The notes below the pieces were generated by a model that worked only from the letters and a program-made list of their open reading frames with translations, had not been told where the DNA came from and did not search any database. DNA of 64,000 nucleotides. Source: Raillietiella orientalis. Taxonomy: Eukaryota. Each line of letters starts with the position of its first letter. Within the stretch, counting starts at the first letter, position 1. The translations under genes and the position numbers were made by a program. Shown piece by piece: positions 49,301-62,889 of the stretch. The stretch covers positions 3,224,001 to 3,288,000 of the forward strand of contig JAYWIR010000017.1 of NCBI GenBank assembly GCA_036172245.1, in the 5' to 3' direction.

Positions 49301-52249
49301 GGAGACATCATGAACATCTGCTGCTCTCAATGAAGGAAACTTCATAGCAAACTTCTGGACGGTACTGAGATAACCATCCCAGTGTCGTTCAGTTTTGAGC
49401 CACGAATCGGTTTGAACTTCCAGTGCAGCAACACTAGAGATCCGGATGCAGTTCAAAGTCGTAAGACAGAAGCATCAGATCATTTCATAATTGCCCGTTG
49501 GTTTAGGAGATATATTAAAAGGAAATCTTCATGTGATTCCATTTGGAAGCGTTCCAGGACAACGCCTCACTCCTGAATGAATCTCTGTATGAGCCTCTGA
49601 TTTTGCTATGGAAGTCGAACCGGAACGTTTGTGCCTTTGATGTCAAAGGTGTAGAATTTGCATGCAGGGCAAAATGGTGTTTTTTTTACATAGCAGAGAA
49701 AAGGGATAGCATCAAATGCAGAATGCCATCATCTCTAGGCAAGGAGGCTGCAAGCATTCTGAGGGTGCGGTGGAAGTTCGGAAGTCAGCCGCAAACTTGA
49801 CATTTCTTTAAATACCCTGTAAGGTGACAGGTGTTTCCATGTATGTGCTCCTGATAAAAGTGTAGCTGGAAGAATATCGAGTACACAAACCACGACAGGA
49901 CGTCACAAGGAAAAGGAGCAGATACGAATTCGTCGTGGCGTCTTCGTGTTTTCAAGAAGGGGTGAAATCGGAAGGAGTTTGCTCTCCTTATCCTTCGAAA
50001 CTGCTTTTTTCGAATACTCAGGCGTTCACGTATTAATAACGATTACATATGGAAGATCTGATGCAAACTGTTACCTCGAAAGTGATTCTTTTCAGAGGTT
50101 GAAATCCCCCGCCAAAGTACATGGAGACGGAATGGCTGATATACGCGATTTCTGTGAGCGCACAGATCTCATGAATCAAGGAAGATCTTATTACTTCTGT
50201 CTTTGCATACTTCGAAGGACGCAAAGACACAAAACGCAAAAACCAAGAAGGCTCTGGAAAACGCTGCCATCGTTAATGCAGGTCTCTGATTCATGAGACG
50301 TGTGAGCACGAAATAATTTCAAGAAAGATTGGAATTTCCAAGTTGATCAACAGTTTTCATGCCATTCATTGGATGAACTATGGACCGTTGGATGCTTCGT
50401 GGACAATCCAGACGGCGATGACTCTCCTAACTGTCCGGATCCACAGCAGACGCGGGAGAGTTTCTCACATGGTAGAGGAGCCTACCTGTGCGTTTTTTTT
50501 TTTTTTTTTTAAAAAAAAGGAGCTGTGGTAGCATGCTCGTTATGCAATGAGTTTGAGCAAATCTCCAGATTTCAAGGTACATTCAGCAGCCTGCAAACTA
50601 ACCGCATTAGTCTCGTTGTTTTCGTTTTGTGGATCAGACTCCCCCACCCAAAAAAAATAAAACAAAATAAAAATATGATTTTCCTATTGCATGGATTCCA
50701 GCGTGGAAGTGGCAAGGGATTCTTTTTTAGAAGGAGCTCGGTTACTGAATTCCAGAGTTTCATTCTCAGCTTCAGCGAGGGAAGAGTCTGTGAGCATCAA
50801 ACTCGATGAACTTTACTCAGATTCCATCAGGATGCCTTTGATCATTCATACCTAACTCTAGCCCGAGCTTGCGACGCAGAAAAAAGCCGATATGTGGGAA
50901 AATATTATGTGTGCACGTGTATTTAATTTAGGGCAGCTTTCCAGTATTTTGGAACATCTCGGACATCCTTTTTGCCGCAAGATCATCCACTAAGAATGCT
51001 CTTCTTTAGGATTCTCCCAGCTCATCAGCATACTTAGGAGACTTCGAATGACAGTGTCTTGCTGCTTTGATGGCTTCAATTGCAACGGATAGAAAGGGAT
51101 CCGGGTAGAAATCTCTTTCATATGCCACCACCATGACCATTCTGGAAACTTCGTTCCCTCAGCCTGATAAAAAAACAGATCACCTAGCCAAATGCAGCTT
51201 TCTGAAGGTGTTTCTTTTGAGTGACAGTTCCTTGTTCCTTTGCACTCATTTTTCACACCTCATCCTCATCAGCTTTTTAGAGGGAGCTACTGAGTGTTCC
51301 AGTCACCATGACGCTCTTGCTCGGATTCGAATAAATCATCGGTAAGGAGCATCTAAGCAGACAGAGTGCAAACCTGGCTCATGGTTCAAAGGGGCTAACC
51401 GCCTGCAGCTCACTCTGACAGGGCAGAAGGAGCTACCAATGTTGAACATAATCAGACAGAAATTGATTCAGAAAAATGGGCTGCTCAAACATGACGGTCG
51501 TGCCAAAATTTCACTGGCCTCAAGGCAAAAAAAAAAAAAAGTAAAATTATTAAGTTCTTGTCACCTGAATGTGAGTAACAAAATAAGTAGTCTTCATGGA
51601 GCACTAAAGATGAATTTGAACACTGCAAAGGAATGTTCTGAGCATATTTGTCAAGAGAAATTACTTCCGTCACTTAATGAACAGAGGTTCCTCCTCGAAA
51701 GTCCGGTGGTGTGTCCTTTGTTCTGCACTCCGAGACCTATTTGCATATGGTATAGGCAGCAACAAACACAAACCTATGGAGAAGGTGTAGAAGAAGCAAG
51801 CCCTCGTGCTTTCCGTGTATTCCCCCTCGAAAATGTAGCTTAACATAATGTATGGATCCCTGAAATTCAAGACAAAGAACAAAATTCGATTTGTCACAGT
51901 TTACATCCAATTTTATTTCTTAGTCCTCAGACAGTCTCTTGCTTGTTCTCAGTATGGTGTTTTGAAGCCAGGTTCAAAGGACACACATTTGGTTCACCTT
52001 TAGCGGAAATTCGCAGTTTCGCCAGCATGGGACAGCTGGGAGTAGACATGGCAACTGAGAATGTTTTTCAGCATTCCTGACGTCTATAAAAAATTATTTT
52101 TTTTCAATGGCCATGCGGGGAACTTGGATTTCGCCTTTTGTCGAGAGAAGCTTCGTCATGTTCTTCAGCAAATTTTGAGCTGCTGAGATTCATTGCCATC
52201 TCGCACGGGACAGATAGGAGTTGGAACGGTGGAACTACGTTTCTGATCT

Positions 52250-53290
52250 ATTAGCTCGATCACACAATGTCACCCCCGGCTCGTTTCATGAGGCCCTGAA
52301 TGCTCCAGCGGAAAGAAAGAACGGGTGGATGTAACGCTTGCCTTTAAGCGAACCGGCAGCATCACGTGGGAATAGTAAAGAAGCATCTTTTGCTAAGCAC
52401 TTCTTCCAAGTTCCACATGAGATGATGTGAAGTTGGACTCAAGAAGTGAGCTGATTAGGAGAGCACCTTCGTTTCAGCTACTGATGGAGGGTGTAGGGAA
52501 GTTGGAGATGGAATGAAATAAACCAGAGACACCAACTTCCTGTCCTCGATGAAAAGGATCGCAATAGCGAAATTTCTCCAACAGTTTCTCGAAAAAATGC
52601 ACATCGTCAAAGCGTACGATCCTCGTTCACACACATCACATGACCTAAAGAACGGCGCTTGATGGAGGATGTACATGCTCCATTCCTCGACGTATTCGAA
52701 GGATACACCAATACACCCCTTCCGGATACTGTTGAACTTTGGATTCTAACTTTCAATGCACTCTTAAGTCGATCAGTAAGGTGACCCGAAAAGACTGGAT
52801 GAAGGACATTCAGCCTCTGGAATGCACCTACAACTACTTGACAGTATTGTAATAAAAAGCAAACAGGAGCCGACGATCCCCATATAAGATGCCAAACGGT
52901 ATCTGGAACGAATTAATTGGAGCAGGAATTAAAGTAGAAAAATGAATTTTTTGAAACAAGAAAAAAAGAAAAAAAACAAGAAAACTTTACTGTTCTCAGA
53001 AACAGGATTTGGAAATGATGTTTCTGAAAGATGATGAATCAAATACAGAAAGAAATGGATTGAGATGCTATGCGGACCTCATGAACTGGAGTTTTCTACA
53101 TAAGTGTATGGGTGGTGTCCACTGTGTATTCAAAAAGTCCTTTCCAGAAGCACTAATGAATAAGAATAATCTTAATAATATCAGTGAGCAAATTTTGTAT
53201 TGTCTAATGGAGCACTTGTTGAATGCTTTATTATAATCGAATCGAAAGAAGGGATTCTGCAATGTTGCAAGGCCTGCTGTAAAAGCAAGA
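52250..53290 (+). pseudogene. Decayed Tc1/mariner-type (DD37D/DD41D-like) transposase
   Basis: Ordered frameshifted motifs: FKRTGSI (FxxTGSV of the DUF4817-type HTH), DTVELW (KVxVW), QTGADDPH (QQDGAPPH), KRYLERINWSR, YADLMNWSF (SPDLxPLDF). Confidence 0.5.
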
Positions 53291-54329
53291 TTCTAAAATG
53301 CTAATCTTTTGTAAGCGTGCATATATCACGCATATCTATTCATATGCACAGCAGCAAAATTTTCCACAAAATTTTAATTAATTCCTCACAGTTTCGATGT
53401 CTATTCAAATAATCATTAATACTGAAAGTTTCGTGCTTATCCACTGGGTCATCAGCTTTCCTTTTTTTTTGAACACAGTATTTGTATGACTGGATCTGAT
53501 GCAAAGCTGCACGTTTTCGAACACACCGCATCTTTTTTTTCCTTTAGATAACTACGAGAAGTGTGTGCGGGAATTTTCGTTTTTCTTCCCCCATTCGAAT
53601 GCGTGATGAATTTGTAGTTGACTTCTTTTGAAATAGATGTCACTTGTGGATCCCCCAAACCATGCAATGGCTTTCGCACTTTTCTTCTTTTTTTTTTTTT
53701 TCTTTTAAATATATATGGTTTCCTATTCATTAATTTCTCTTGAAAAATGTAATACAGGAAGGCATTTTTTTAGATACACTTCTAGGAAACCCTTAATTAT
53801 GATTACTGAATGTGAAGAAGAATCGGAAACTATCCAAGATCATTGGCTCAAGTCTTCATAGAGAAAACTCTTTATTAATGATGACATCGAAAAGAACAGA
53901 TGTCTCAATTCTAATGTGACCTTTGACCTGCAAAGAATTGCAAATTATGGAATTTGCAAGGCGAAATCTGAGAACACGAATCGTACCGCGAACCGTACCT
54001 ATGCAATGCAGCCAGCAGTGCGTACACACACGTATTTAAAATTAGGCCATGCTAACATCAGTTAGATTTAATCATCAAGTTGCAGCCGTGATCATGAACA
54101 CATTCAGAGTCCGGGATGCAGAATATTCATTGATGCAGATCTGTCAGCACGGAATCGCTAAAGCACAAAGTATCTTGAAGAATCCATGCCCGTGTATCCG
54201 GCATAGTTTACGAAAAAGTCTGGTCAGAGATGACTGTCCTGACACTGCGTCTGAATCCCCACCTTGGGAATGACAATGATCGTCTTAGATTGCTGCTGCA
54301 TGCTCTTAGGTGATCTGAAGGCACACGCG

Positions 54330-54830
54330 CGAAGCCTGGAATCTCGACAAACTTCAGTTTGATCGCGCTGCTGCACCTTCGCCTTGATTGAAAAACGAAT
54401 GTGATGTTCCAAAGGACTACCGCGGTGCACCAAATAGAGTGACATGAATATCGAGAGCACGTTGCGAAACGGCTCTCTCTTCGTTGTTCATAAGGAAGCC
54501 AGCTCTCTGAAATAGAACACGCAGATGCAACTGCGGCATTAAATTCTCGGCGTGTGCATGATAAGTCTTCCTCGCGAAGATAAGGGCTCGGTAATTTTAA
54601 AGAGCATTTTGCAAGAAGTGAGGAAATGTGGTGGTGGCGGTGGCTGGAGGGAAGGAGGCGAATCGGCAGAGAGTTCATGCAAAAATGCCGTGAGGGCTGA
54701 ATGTGTGTTCTTCAGCATATGGCGAGGCGCATTAATCCTATCAACTAGAACAAAGCGATACGTTTGAGGAGATAAGCGCGCGGATAAGATGAGCGGTGAA
54801 ATGGGTAGGTGTATGGGATGCACATCGTGA
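54330..54830 (-). mobile_element. L2/CR1-like LINE 3' remnant
   Basis: YRFVL..H..L.EL, LPIRL..LLAK..PYL..TR..AVVLWN..R.CSS..K pattern typical of an L2 ORF2 C-terminus. Confidence 0.5.
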
Positions 54831-55201
54831 TAATGGTCAGTTCATAAGGGAGGAATGTAGATATTGCACCACCCTGCCACAATCGCAAAAACCTCCTGCA
54901 TCCAGTTGCGAAATTTTCGTTTTCTGCTGTAATGTGGAATAATTCTGCCGGTTGATCACGGGGGCTGGAGAAAAAATTCCCCAGGTGATGGACCCCTTTC
55001 GCGGGATCTGCGATGCCGCCGAAATCGCTGCTCTACGGAAGAGAGTGGGGTGCTCGTCAGGGGGCATTGTAGAGATCCCATGGAAAATCTCCAGTGTATT
55101 GTTCCGGCGTCACTGGCCTCTGTTGCCGGGATCACGTAGAGAAATGATGAGCAATTGTTCCCGGAAAAAACGAACGTTTAGGGCGTGCATACACGGAAAG
55201 T

Positions 55202-55226
55202 AAAAAAAAAAAAAAAAAAAAAAAAA
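55202..55226 (+). repeat. poly(A)25 tract
   Basis: Direct reading. Confidence 0.9.
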
Positions 55227-55949
55227 GGGGTTGCAGGAAACTGGATCGTCTTGCTCCCGCAAGAGACAGCGTGTGCGAGTCCTCGATTCTAGAAGTCAAA
55301 GGTCATTCAACGAAACCCTTGGTGAGCCGCGGCTGCGGATCCTAGAGGATGTGTCAGGGCATGTAAATGCAGCGGGAGCGGCACGGGTAGATTAGATAAA
55401 TTCAATAGAACACAGCAAGATTAGATAGCCGGCTGATTTCCATGCTAACTGTAGGAACAACAGCGGAGGAACAGCCGCCCAGTGAGGGGATCCTGTTTGC
55501 TGCAAAGAGGATGCAGCAAACAGGATGATGCAGCCTCCCGGAATCTGTTCCGGATTTTTCCGTGTGCTTTAGTGTTTCCTAGAGGTAACGGCGAGGAATT
55601 TGTTTGGTTTGCAGCCACGCCGGCAAAGGAAAAACACACAAAAAAGGGACGTCTGAAGCGCACCAGCCATCAGAGATTCCTGAAGCAGAGGACGCCTGTG
55701 GGCAGAACGGTTCCCTCCGAAGAGCCGAAAGGGACCATGTCGCCTGCGAGAAGCGGAACACCGGATCGGTGCGACAGAGCGCGGAGGGTCCCAGGTTTGC
55801 TCGGGAAAGGTCGCTAGGGGTCAAGTAGGGGTCCCGGGGGAGGGGGGAACTGTTTCGGGGGAAAAAACCGGTGTAGTCGCCCTAGGGCACGCGTCTTCCG
55901 TGCTGCCATCTTGAAGAACCTACGTCCTCCTTCGGTGCTCCGAGGGGTC

Positions 55950-58900
55950 TGGACCGGTCTTGAAGCGGGAGAGAACCGCAACGGTTGTCGCTGACTCTCC
56001 CGGCAGGGGCTCCGAACACGTGACCTTCTTTTAAGAGGGTGGAGGATGCGTGCCTGTACCGAGGAAGGTTTTTCGGAAGGGGAGCCGATGCTGAGGGATC
56101 TTCTCTGCCCTCGCGTAGGTGCCTGCTGCGGGATTAACCCAACATCGAGTTAATCCTTGTGAATTGGGATGCGATCCGGAAGGGGAGTTCTACGCGAGTT
56201 TTCCTCTTTTTTTTTCTTTCCTTTTTGCTTTTAGCAAACGGAAAAAAAAAAAAACGGGGGAAGCAGGAACTAGGAAAGATCGTGGACTTTGCTGAAGTGG
56301 ATAGGACGGGGGGCCCAAACTACGGACGGAGGGAAGGGAGCGGGTTTTTTCCCGGGTTGCTACGAGAAGCTGCAGGCGCGCAGTGTCTGCAGAAATCCCG
56401 CAAGGCGGCACGTCAGATGGCTGCATGTGTGTAACTGGGCCAGAGGGGGAGGAAGGGAGGAAGCAGATCTCTCGGTATCTAATGAAGACGCACCCGGAAT
56501 TCCATCGGGAGCGGCCGCAATCATTTCAAGATCGTTCGTAGGGCTGCTGATGGCTCCTCGCGTGGATCGCCTCCCAGGGCTGGGGACGGCAGGCTGCGAC
56601 CACAGCCGCGAGACACCTCCAAGCGCGGAAGGCGGTAAGTCTCCTGACCATGTGTTCTTCTCGGGACAACTAGGTCCCCTTCGCTTCTCTTAAGCATGGG
56701 CTGGATAGCTTTTGGCACGCCTGAAGAGGCGCCAAGCTGCTGCTGCGCGGAGAGACAGCATGGGAAGGGGATCGGTAGAAATGAGACGAAAGCCTCCCTT
56801 GAGGGAGAGCGAGGGATTCTGCTTCTCTGAAAGGGCGAGATCCTCACCACGAAGTCACGTGCGTTCCTACTCAGGGTATTCCCCTCATCCCCCAGATCCC
56901 AGCAAGCTCGGCGTGATTCCGTCCTTTGCAGGTAGAAGAACGAAAGCGCGGTTTATGGAAACTGCTGCCTGAGACAGGTTGACTCCCACGGTGAACCTCC
57001 CATGGAGAGGTTGAGATGGAGAGAGGGAGGAGGCTGATCTCCAGAGAGTCCGATTTTCTCTGTGAAAATTCCTACAACAAACAACGCCGACAACAAGGAT
57101 AAAGCTTCTTCTTCTTCGCCTTCGCAGTCTCCCTGCAAACGGGGTCGACGCCATTTTGAATCTTCCTCTGAAACTTGGCTCGTGCGCGCGTGCGCGGGAT
57201 TGTCGCACTCGTTGTCGAGCATCAGTGCTTCCGGGAACGGACTCTGTGTCACGCGGTCAGGGAGCGAACTCGAGTCACTGCCGCGCTACGAGAGGATCAC
57301 TAAAGGTGTCCTTGCGTCGGTCGGCCACGCCCAATGAGTTGGAAGCAGGGAACCAGAGGGCTGCACATTCGCTTCTGCTACAGGGACTCCTCCTCGACAA
57401 GTCGCTCGAAGGGAAGTGACTCGCGCCGTCGGACGAAAGCGAGCTCGGAGTTATCTGCTCCGCGAATCTGCGCCTTCCCGAGGGCGAGATCCTGAAACGA
57501 GAGGGTGAGGGGACGAAGCAGGACTTCCCCCCACATGAGATGGCAATTTCCTTCTTTCGTCGAAGACCAAAGGACAGCTTCTCGCCAACGCGTCCAGGAT
57601 TCTCTGGATATTTGCAGGAATCAGTGTCCCACTCTGAATTCTTTTGTTCATTGCTAGAGATCCCCATAAACGCCCTGGCTTGACCTCATCCCGGCTTGCC
57701 GAGCCATTTATTTAACATGAATAAATAAGATTCATGGTTCCAATCTTGAACCAAAAAGGCCACCATTCTTGCTGGGGAGAAATCAGGGAAGAGAGGAAGG
57801 AAAACCAATAAATAGATAAAAAGACAGTGGTATGGATCGGCGTAAGGGCCCGGGATAAGATTCCCAGTTCCCTGCGCCGAACAGGGAGCTGGGTTTCTAC
57901 TCCCACTGGTCTCTGGTTAGTCTTCCCATAATCGTCAGTAGGTTTCCTAGCATGCCGCATCCCAGGTTGGGCCATTTTGCTGCCCTTGGAGTGGCGATTG
58001 CAAACGGTTCTCCGGGATGTGGCCACACCCTTTTTCGAGATCGCCATTTCTCGCGCGTGGCGGGAGGTCGCCAGCGAGGAGGTAGCAGGAGAAGCAGACA
58101 TCCCTTCAAACAGGTGTCCACAGAGTTGGAGCGCCTCCGTGATGATCTTTCGTCTCCGACGCAGCCTTCTGCATCCAAGAAGCGCGTGAAACAGGGTTCC
58201 CAACATCCCTCCGTATTACACTCTTCCCTGCAAGGCGTGGAGACCTCCCTCATTTCGGGCGCAACCTGGTGTCCCAGGAGCACCGGATTTGGTCACGCGA
58301 GAGGGAGGCAACTCATCTTCTTACGCAAGCCGCCAGAAATGCAAGACTCCAATTGGAAGATCCTCTTCCTGGTTTTCCTCTTCGTTTTCTCATCTTTCTT
58401 TCTGAGACTTCAAGGAGGAAAGACGAGCAACACTCTCCCGAATTACCCGGGCAAAAAGACGCACGTGCAAGCGAAAGTCGATGGTCTGCCAGCAGCGGAT
58501 GGAGGCAGTGGCCAGACAGGACGCGCATCTCGAGGCAGCTTCACTGTTTTCCTGCAAACTCGTTGCTCCTGTTTGCAGATGGAAGGGTCCAGGCATGGCG
58601 ATTGCAGAGCTCCGTCCCGGTCCCGGTCATCGAAGTTCTTCCAGGGCATCCTCGGACCTTTTCGAGATTTGTCGCGTGCTCTTCGCCACGGCTTGGCATT
58701 GGGAGCAAACAGCAGGATGCCTTAGAGGCAGGCAAAGAATCGCGTCTTGGGAAACGTGTTTCAGACGCCACAGCACCTAGACCACCTTGGCATTTCAGCG
58801 GCTGAGTCGGCTTCAAGGTGCGGCCGTAAATCATCAAACAACTTCGTTTTGTTTACGTTCTGTTGCTACGCCTAACCAGGAGATCTGCGTACGATACGGG

Positions 58901-60100
58901 TGCTCCTACCGGATGCTGGATGTTGCTCAAGTGCTGCCGATCTCGTGGAGACGGTGGCAACAGACCGGACCTACCCCACTCGAGGGTCCTTTCAAAAAGG
59001 GGTGACCGAGCTCCTTCCAAATCTGCGACTCAGACCGGATTTCCAGATGTAGAGTTCACGACAGAGGACAACTTTTATCAGGATGCTGCGTTCGCTCCTC
59101 TCTTGCTTGCTTTCTTCCCAAGGATGGGACGGATCCTGAAGCAAATGAGTGGCTTCAGACTGCGAGAACGCATTGGGAGAAAACTCTTTTCCCCGCTCTA
59201 GGGGATTTTCATCTCCCTCGCAGCATTAGATGCTGCATGGATGCGGCGTTTCCCCATGCGAGTGAATTGCAGGTCATTCCGTTTCTCCGCTGGTCATGCT
59301 TGTGACACGCGCGAGCGCTCTTTGTGAAACAGGGTTTTCCACCCGGTCACCCCAGGGGCATTCGTCTAAAGACAAACCCAACAAACAAACAGGTTGAGGG
59401 CGCAAAAGGCACATGGCGAGAGCAAAAGGCAGCAAAAAGAGTTCTTCAAGGGGATGGGTCACGGACACGCAGGCCAGTTACTAGGTGAGTCCGGAGCGGG
59501 AGGGAAGAAGACGATAAATTAATGAGCAAAGGGAGTGTAGGGACTGGGATCCTTGGCTCAGCACTGGCGCGGAACGCCGGCGACCTCCGACTCGACGTCT
59601 TCTTCCAGGCGAGGCCACCAGACGGCTGTTCTCATGAAGGCGGCTGCCGTGCGGGTGGCCTCCCTCCGCTGCGCCCAGCGCATGGCGGGCTGCTGCAAAG
59701 GCGCGGACGAAGCATCTCACTGCAATCACGAACGTCCGCCGGGAGGGTCCGTCGCGAAGAATTGCCGCAGCAGGTCCTTGGCGATGTCCTCCGCATGCAG
59801 GGACGGCGTTGGAGATCCCAGCCTCCGCCGAACTTCCTAAAGGGCTCCTTCGTCCAATAAAAGGGTGCTGGAGCGCATTCTCACCTTGGGCAGTTTGGGG
59901 ATGCATCTCTCACCCACCCTCCGCTTCCGGGGGCCTACACCGAATGCACCGGAAGCCTCAGTGCAGAGACAGCAGCACATCCTGTTTCCATCGCAACGGG
60001 ACTCCGGAGTGTCCAACAAAGTTGGCTTGCAGCTCCTTCAGTCACGTTCACGAATTGCACAAGGGTACAAAGGAAGGAGGAACAAAGAACAAGAACAACG
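55950..60100 (+). mobile_element. Near full-length but heavily decayed L1/Tx1-like ORF2
   Basis: Ordered remnants: NRNGCR (EN start), GAGFF, KSPDHVFFS (RxDxxFxS), STGFGHARG, DSNWKILF, AKVDG, EGSRHGDCRAP (GxRQGDPLSP), VIEVL, C-terminal SACRDG. Confidence 0.55.
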
Positions 60101-62889
60101 TTGATGGGGGGAGTAGGGGGATCCAGCTTTCCTTCTCAGCTCGTTTGTTAAATAACTTAGCCTTCCAGGGGATGGAACAGGAATCGTTGTGAAACGCCGC
60201 TTCCTGTGTTTCTCAAGCGTTTCCTACGTGACGGCTTTGTGGGATCTCCGTTGGTTACGCTTTTGCTTGCGTGCCGGTTGAAACGTCCTAGCGGCTTCGA
60301 TCGGTACGGATCCCTCGGATGCTGGCACTAGAAGAGGGTCTTCTGATCTCGTGAATTTTTAGGGGCTCTGGAACTTTCCATCCCATTTTCAGAATCATCC
60401 CATCGCAGCTTCGGAATCACACAGGAAAGAGCATCTGACAGCCAACGGTTTCTCCCAACAAAGCGGAATTTCTTGTTCTCTCCCCCCCCCCCCCGACCTC
60501 CCCCCACCCAAAAAAATTGAAAATTCCACAAATCACTGGAACCCAAATAATAAGCTGCTGCTATTGTGGGCCACTGATTCAAGCGGTGACGTCACGGAAC
60601 CATGCGCCTATCGATGCGGGGAAATTAACAGCTTTTTGCTCCCCCCCCCGTAGCAACTGCAACAGGACAAGGGGGTCGGACAAAGAAGAAGCTCAAATCT
60701 GCCCGAGATAAGAGACTGCTCTGGTCGTGCCATAAAGGAGCGGGAGAGAGGGGGGGGGGCTACTGACGGCTTCCGTTGCCCATACGATGATGAAAGTGGC
60801 TGCGCGAAATTCGCTTCCACGCAGGTTCCGGGTCCACTGGATAACAAACTGATTCGGATCTCCGTGAAGCTACTCTCGAGTCGCGGCGACCGACCGGTGC
60901 AATCTCGGCAAGCATCCTGGAAAAGAACTTTCGCTCTTCCTAGTCAGCGGTCCGAGTTTCGTCCGATTGCGTGCCTCCTCCTTGCCATGCATGGAAACAT
61001 CCAGGTTCGTCCCTTCTCTTCCCGGATCTGAGGGTTGCCTTAGCGATTCGTTCTGGACCGCCACGATGACTTTGCTTGGCGCTCCCTGCTTATTTTCACT
61101 TTCAGTCCGTGCGCTTTGATTCATCATCCCCGTTCGTCTCAGTCCAAGAGGATGATTCACAGTCTTGCTGTGGGTCTGACGTTTGGAGAAACTAAACGCC
61201 TAAAACTGCTCCCTGGATTCGGGAATTTTCCGTCCTTCTCCCTGCTACTGGAGCCACGAACCTTCTAACCTTCGCACGCTTAGTATGCACCCATTTATTC
61301 CTTGCATTTTAATGTCTTTGACGATGCTGTTCTTGAAGTCTTGCCCCCTTTGGGGGTTGTTTTAGAGGTTTGGGGATCCAAAATACAACCAAAAGTACTC
61401 TCTTATGCACATCTCTTGATAGCGTCTAGAATAATCTTGCGCCCGCACAGATCAATAGAGAAGCTGAAATCAGAAGACTTGTTTTTTCCAGTAGGGGATG
61501 GGCATCTTCCTCATCATGTGAAGGCTGAACGCAACAATGGTCCAATCTATAAGCAGCATCAGTATCTCTTGCACGGTTTCCGCGGTGCATCACAAAGAAA
61601 CGGATGTTCTTCCATGTTCTCCACCTCTGCATGCACGTCAGAGCCACCACCCATGCCTGCCAAATTTTTCCTTTTTCGTTTTCAGATTTCGCATCAGAAA
61701 GATGAAGGACAGCTTCATGCACTGATTGCACAGGTGATGCGGTCACGACTGCATGTGCTTCCCATGAATCACTCTGTCAGGTTTTGTTTTTCCTCGAGTT
61801 TTGCATGATGACAGGTGTCATTGCTGACCACCCTAGTTAATAGGAGAGGATGTGATAGTCGTTTACCAACCCGATATTTCTTCACACTAACGCTTTCGCG
61901 TTCGTGAAAGAGATAAAAATCCATTCGGGACGGTGGAATGACTAGAGATGGTTGCTTAGATACTTCGAAAATGCGGCGAAAGCTCCTTTTTAGATTCATT
62001 CTTGTTAGAGACAATCATTTGTGATCATTGCTTTACTTATCCATGCAACATGAAATTCTCAACGTCTGCGGCTCCGTCGTCAACATCAAAGAAAGAATAA
62101 TTTGTCAGCTGGAAAGTCCCATGTGACCCGGTGATTCTGTAGAGGTCTTCTGGATCCTACGTTGTTTTCTCGTTTACCTCGTGACTGCCTTTCATTCCTG
62201 TCGCTGTCACGACTGTTGCTGTCATCGTGTGGTATCAAGCTGTACCTCACTGCGGTTGCCATGCCACTTTCGTCATTCCTCTTCACGTAATCTGAGCATT
62301 CTTTCTGCCGCTTGCTTTTTATAAATTCCTTGCCAATTGCTGCAGATGCCGCTGCATGCTAAGATATTGCTGTTGGAGCCAGTAGCTATCGATATCTCTT
62401 GGATCTAATGATGACCCGATGCAGAACCTCAATGTGACTTCTGCGTGCGATAACAGAATCACGTCACATCGATAAAAGACAGGTTGATCAGAGTAGGAAA
62501 CTCACGCAGGGTCCAGGAAACAGGGCGGCGGTTCAATGCTGCGGGCTCTGAAGTCGCGATGTCCTGAGGTGCGGATCTCAGGAAACCCTGGGATGATCGC
62601 GACTAAAGCAGCTAATGGTTAGCAATTGCAGCTAGAAGCCCTGGATCCAGTAAGCCAATCCCGACGGGAGCAGGGAACCGGTCTGAAATGGCGGCTTGAA
62701 GGACAAAACTTCCTTCTTCGAAATGGTTTCCGTGGCGACGGGTTCTCTCTGGAAGCTGTAGTCGTGTGTCCACTCGATTCTGCTCTGGAGGTTCGTCACA
62801 GCAGCGTGGAAGCGATCCGACCTGCAGCTTCCTCTTTCCCAGAGCATCGATCTCATGTTTCTGGCTCATCTCAAATTTCCTGTGAAGAT

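Larger units (their letters stand above)
39633..53995 (+). mobile_element. Tc1/mariner-superfamily element with ~315-bp TIRs and TA TSD, expanded by nested insertions
   Basis: Inverted repeats at 39633-~39950 and ~53675-53995 (55/60 identical over the first 60 nt); TA at 39631-32 and 53996-97; transposase remnant near the right TIR. Confidence 0.65.

Noticed and set aside
39633..53995. Polinton/Maverick interpretation of the long TIRs and 14-kb size
   Set aside because: The TSD is TA rather than 6 bp, the ends are not AG..CT, and no polB, integrase or capsid ORFs were seen.
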